IMG/VR virus record: IMGVR_UViG_3300021400_001091
Location: 32,517-96,516 of that record
DNA length: 64,000 bases
Origin: a virus
Taxonomy: Duplodnaviria > Caudoviricetes
Reading direction: 5' to 3' (one strand)
Within the stretch, counting starts at the first letter, position 1. Each line of letters starts with the position of its first letter. The notes beneath the pieces are model-generated. The model did not search any database, was not told the DNA's origin, and was given only the letters and a program-made list of their open reading frames with translations. Positions 60,051-64,000 of this stretch are shown one piece after another. The position numbers and the translations under genes are program-made.

Positions 60051-61445
60051 TTACTTCTTATATTTACTAAGAATACCTTCAATACCACCAATTGGAGCAT
60101 CCTCCTTTGGAGTATATCCGGAATTATCTTCTTCTTTTGAGAAAATTGCAGGATTTGACTGAACTAATGTGTAAGCAAGTTCCTTATCTAACTCTTCCTT
60201 AGTCATTTCATCAATTCTTTCTTTGAAGGAATCGATAACTTCCTCGTTAAGTAAAGCAGTATAGTGGTCAATAACGGCCTCCTTCTCCTTTAAAATAACG
60301 TTAGCCTTAAAGGCTGCAAGCTTCTCATTCTCTTCAGTTAAAGTATCAATCTTTGACTGAGCGTTTGTATAATTCTCTGTAGCTTCTTCTAGATCAATCT
60401 GAACTTCAATTTTTTCCTGCTCTAAAGTCGAAATCTGATCGGCCTGCTCTTCAAATTTCTGACTGAAAGTCTCCTTTTCTTCGATTAAAGAAGTAGCTTT
60501 TTCGTCAATCTTCTCATAAGTTCCGCCATTCATAGCATGGAGAACTTCTAAAGCACGCTTCTCTTCTTCATTTACATCGATGATATAAGCAGCTTCTTTT
60601 CTGTCAATCGAAAGAGAATCTGTTTCATCATTCTTTGTATAATATGCCCTCTCGTATCCACTTTCTTGCATATTGAAAATGACCGCATATTCATCATAAA
60701 CGTCACAAACTGCGTAATTCATTACCCAGCCGTTTTCTTCATTAAAGTTAGGATTAAGGAGAGACCAAATCATGTTGTATTTCTGATTATCAGAGAGTTT
60801 AAATTCTAAATTCATCTGATTTTCTCCTCCTGTGTTTTGCTTAATTTGCAATTCATAGTCTTCAATTTGTTGAACCAACTTTTGAACTGATTCATATAAG
60901 GAGTAGAAAGCGGCGCCTTCAAAACAAGGCTCATATCTATCTCCCAGGGCTTGTAATCCTAAGAAACTACCTTCGGTAAATACATAGTATTTTTTCCCAT
61001 CAATAAATTCCCAGCTACCCTTAATAGAATCAGCATACAGTTCCATAGATTGAGACTTTTGAACTATTTCTAAAGCTTCTTTTTTATATATACCAGTAAA
61101 CAAAAAGATGTCTGCGCATGCATACTCTCTTTCTACACCATCTTCATCAAGATGTTTTTCCCATGCGAAATTTGGATTCTCCGGAACAATACCGTAAATA
61201 CGACCCTCATACCTCTCATGACCATGATCGGTATAATCTTCTTCCATTGAGTCATAAATTCCTTTTACTGGAACATATGGAAGAGAAGAAATGAGCTTTT
61301 CCGCAAACTCGTCGGTTATATAAGTCCCATTTCTGTTCCCATATTTATAAAAAATTCGTACTCTAGCCTTTGAAAGTACATCATTATAAGCAGAGATGTT
61401 GCCATAAACGGAAAGAGAAAATTTTGTTAAATCTTTTTTATCCAT
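60051..61445 (-). CDS. Prohead protease / scaffold fusion
   Basis: N-terminal NRNGTYI...KSQSMEL...EPCFEGA; C-terminal acidic coiled coil. Confidence 0.7.
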   Translation of the reverse strand: MDKKDLTKFSLSVYGNISAYNDVLSKARVRIFYKYGNRNGTYITDEFAEKLISSLPYVPVKGIYDSMEEDYTDHGHERYEGRIYGIVPENPNFAWEKHLDEDGVEREYACADIFLFTGIYKKEALEIVQKSQSMELYADSIKGSWEFIDGKKYYVFTEGSFLGLQALGDRYEPCFEGAAFYSLYESVQKLVQQIEDYELQIKQNTGGENQMNLEFKLSDNQKYNMIWSLLNPNFNEENGWVMNYAVCDVYDEYAVIFNMQESGYERAYYTKNDETDSLSIDRKEAAYIIDVNEEEKRALEVLHAMNGGTYEKIDEKATSLIEEKETFSQKFEEQADQISTLEQEKIEVQIDLEEATENYTNAQSKIDTLTEENEKLAAFKANVILKEKEAVIDHYTALLNEEVIDSFKERIDEMTKEELDKELAYTLVQSNPAIFSKEEDNSGYTPKEDAPIGGIEGILSKYKK

Positions 61446-62919
61446 TTGAACCTCCGCGATCTAACGATTCTTGGTTAGCTACTGTCTTTTCACTTTTATC
61501 TTCTAAGTCTTTCTCTGGACGCCCAGGTCCATTTCCAGATTCGGTGAAAGAAGTACTTAATGGAATTAATTTTTCCTTTAAGTCTAATACTTCGTTCTCT
61601 AAATCTTTTATGTTAGAAAGTTCCTTCTGTGATAATCCCATAGCAAGCGCCGGCATTAAGAAACTATAGCCAGAGTTCGCCATCTTCAATGCTTCATCAG
61701 CATACTTAAACTCGTTGTAGAAAGTAATTGGTAAAATTGTATACTTAAAAGTAACATTTGAATTACTATAACTATCATTAACAATAAATGTAATAATTCG
61801 TTCTAACTTACGAGCAAAAGTCATCATGAGCGCCATATCATTATTAATGGACGTTTCTAACGATAAATTAGATTCTGTTCCAAATAATAGTGGGCTGGAG
61901 CCAGATTTAGAATAAATATTTAAAAGTGATTTTTCAACGCTATTGACCGCATTATCATTAGAAGTTTTAGAAACGATAGAATCTACATCCGCATAGGTTG
62001 TTAAAACAGATACATTTGGATTGCCACCCATCATCTGGGCCGCACCCTTATGCATAATCTCTGCTTCGTCAGGCTCGAACAGAAGGCCGCCATCACTTAA
62101 ATGAGGTATCTTCTGAACAATAATCTTGCGAATTTCTTCTAAGTCTCTTTCTTTATTAATATCTCTCGCTTGGTCATATTCTAGTTCGGCAGGAATTATA
62201 TTCAAAAACGCCGGCGCGCCGTCTAAGAAAGGTATACAAATACCAATCTCTACGGGCACAAATACCCATCTCTTTTCGACTTTTCCTTGTTTATACTTCC
62301 TATACCAATCCGTAATTTTCTTTGGGTATACCTGTAGAGCTTTACGTCTATCATCTAAATCCAAAATGGTATCAAAATAAGTAACGTCAAACTCAATTAA
62401 GTCATTACCGGCTTCGTCCTTAAAACGAGAACGGCAATAAAATACAGGCAAGTCAATAATCGAAATTGAGGTACTATTAACAGATTGAATTATACCGTAA
62501 TAAGTTCCATCACGAAGTGCCTTAATGGCAATCTCCGTAAAGAGTTTTGGCAAATTCGCACTGTCAATAAAATTCATCGCATTATTATACTTTTTCGCAA
62601 TATACGATTCGGAGAGAGATTTACCAAATACCGGATTAGGAATTAATAAACCAGTATATTTAAGTAAAGTAGCATAATGCAATAGAATTCTCTGATAGAA
62701 TCCCCCTTTGGTATAATAGTTTCGCGACAATTGAATCTTCGCCCTAAGTGAACCAGAATCAATAATCCTTTCAATCTCTTCTGGTGTATACTCCTTAACT
62801 CTTTCAATTCTATAACGACTAAAAGAGTCATAAGCATACGTAGCTTCACTTGTCGCAATCATTTTACCATACGAATTGGAAAAAGAAGCTAGACGTTCTT
62901 TTTTTTCATTCTCATTCAT
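61438..62919 (-). CDS. Portal protein
   Basis: 493 aa directly after terminase; ends PL.TSFT.SG..GRPEK. Confidence 0.75.
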   Translation of the reverse strand: MNENEKKERLASFSNSYGKMIATSEATYAYDSFSRYRIERVKEYTPEEIERIIDSGSLRAKIQLSRNYYTKGGFYQRILLHYATLLKYTGLLIPNPVFGKSLSESYIAKKYNNAMNFIDSANLPKLFTEIAIKALRDGTYYGIIQSVNSTSISIIDLPVFYCRSRFKDEAGNDLIEFDVTYFDTILDLDDRRKALQVYPKKITDWYRKYKQGKVEKRWVFVPVEIGICIPFLDGAPAFLNIIPAELEYDQARDINKERDLEEIRKIIVQKIPHLSDGGLLFEPDEAEIMHKGAAQMMGGNPNVSVLTTYADVDSIVSKTSNDNAVNSVEKSLLNIYSKSGSSPLLFGTESNLSLETSINNDMALMMTFARKLERIITFIVNDSYSNSNVTFKYTILPITFYNEFKYADEALKMANSGYSFLMPALAMGLSQKELSNIKDLENEVLDLKEKLIPLSTSFTESGNGPGRPEKDLEDKSEKTVANQESLDRGGSNG

Positions 62920-62923
62920 CTAT

Positions 62924-64000
62924 CTATCTTCCTCCCGTAAAGAAGATTAACTTACGAGTGCCAGATCTGCGTCGATGACTAGATGAATAGTATTCCTCTT
63001 CAAGTTCCTTAATTCGCCACAACCCATAAGAAAACGAAGAATATTTATCTTTTGGAAAGCGACTATTAATTCTTTCAAGGACTATGTCTAGGCTCGCGCC
63101 AGTCCGTTTTAAGCGTAAGTTGCTCATCTCTTCAAATAATTTAGTAGTCATTTCGTGAGGCATGAGTCGTTTTACACGTTGTTCCGTTGTCATTTTTTGA
63201 CCAGTTTTTGTTGCTAACAAAGCACTTTTTGCTTCTTGTTCTTTAATTAAAAATCTAACCAAGCCGCTGGTTAAGCGAGAGTAACAATTTCCATGAATTT
63301 TAGAGTTAAGAGCCGAATTAGCTTTGATTCCATAGAGAATCTTTGGAGCATCCTTCGGCTGTATTAATTTATAGTTATCATCATTAATAAAGCCATAGGC
63401 AGGTAATACATTTCCCTTTTCATCATATTGGGGTTTAATCATTTCATCCGCTAAACCAACACCCAATCCATTCGTGTCGATAACGACCTCGCGCGGATTG
63501 AACGCAAGAATAAGTTTCTTTAAATCTGACGCTTGGACAGAAAATGGTTTGGTTTGCGGTGTCCTGCCTAAGACTATTAAATTAACAAGAGTACTATAGA
63601 ACTTATTGTTCACTATATTAACTCTAAAAATAGAAACCGCGGTCTGGTCAGAAATTCGACCCACGTCTACTGATATTAAGTAGAATTGATCAGACCCGGG
63701 TCTATTAATTGCGTGCGTTTCGGGGTTTTTTATCTTCCGATACTTTGTCAACTTATCATATGAGAACCAGGCATCCTCACTTGACCCTTGCCATAGACTC
63801 AAATATTCAGTTGCAAAAGACTCCGCATTGTACGATGGACTCATTTTCAACTTATTAATATACTGTTTATCAATGAGTCCATGCATGGCCGGCAATCTCC
63901 AGTCGCAACCAAACATAAAAGCTTGGTCTGGATCAATAATAGCATTTTCAAAAGTATCAATTAATCTCTGCTAAGAGAATGAGGTTTTTACCCCCGCGCA
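62924..64000 (-). CDS. terL: Terminase large subunit (C-terminal part), with in-frame TAG at 63971-63973
   Basis: SFATEY.S.W, ISVDVGR..D, VIDTNGLG, KDKYSS nuclease motifs; frame continues upstream of the listed Met as AGVKTSFS*QRLIDTFENA. Confidence 0.85.

Noticed and set aside
19666-62858. Many short antisense or alternate-frame ORFs in the track (e.g. 23196-23579, 23724-24203, 25574-25984, 50931-51368)
   Set aside because: They overlap well-supported genes and lack SD sites or recognisable motifs
1-64000. Full genetic-code-15 recoding
   Set aside because: Very long late ORFs (3182 and 2170 aa) contain no internal TAG; only one internal TAG was found, so at most partial read-through
1-64000. 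tRNA, CRISPR array, integrase or IS element
   Set aside because: Intergenic gaps are short and explained by promoters and terminators; no cloverleaf, spaced direct repeats or recombinase motifs seen by eye
63917-64000. Intron boundary explaining the terL TAG
   Set aside because: Sequence on both sides of the TAG reads as plausible terminase in the same frame, leaving no room for an intervening element

Overview
The window is a 64 kb piece of a large tailed dsDNA phage genome with a siphovirus-type non-contractile tail. The host is most likely an anaerobic Firmicute: sigmaA promoters and AGGAGG SD sites are near-consensus, and the only RNR seen is class III. The minus strand carries virion genes in two blocks: terminase, portal, scaffold/protease, capsid, neck, two tail-tube paralogs and a 3182-aa tape measure (43.7-64 kb), then holin-like, fibre, Dit, Tal and receptor-binding genes (0-15 kb). 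The plus strand (15.1-43.6 kb) carries a bacterial-style replisome and nucleotide module: nucleases, mini-UvrD, GyrB/GyrA, SSB, Sak4-like ATPase, DnaB-like helicase, primase, RecJ, DnaE, NrdDG, ThyX-like, dUTPase and RuvC-like. I saw no tRNA, CRISPR array, integrase, reverse transcriptase, intein or intron. Main observations: (1) an in-frame TAG inside the terminase, plus a strict split of stop codons (TAG only in minus-strand late genes, TGA only in plus-strand early genes), suggesting incipient amber read-through; (2) two small protein modules inserted repeatedly, and nested inside each other, across five adjacent tail-tip genes; (3) a phage gyrase with a GyrA-box and natural equivalents of the quinolone-resistance changes GyrA D87G and GyrB D426N; (4) strong over-representation of GC-only palindromic tracts in AT-rich DNA. 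All family assignments come from motif recognition, not database searches.
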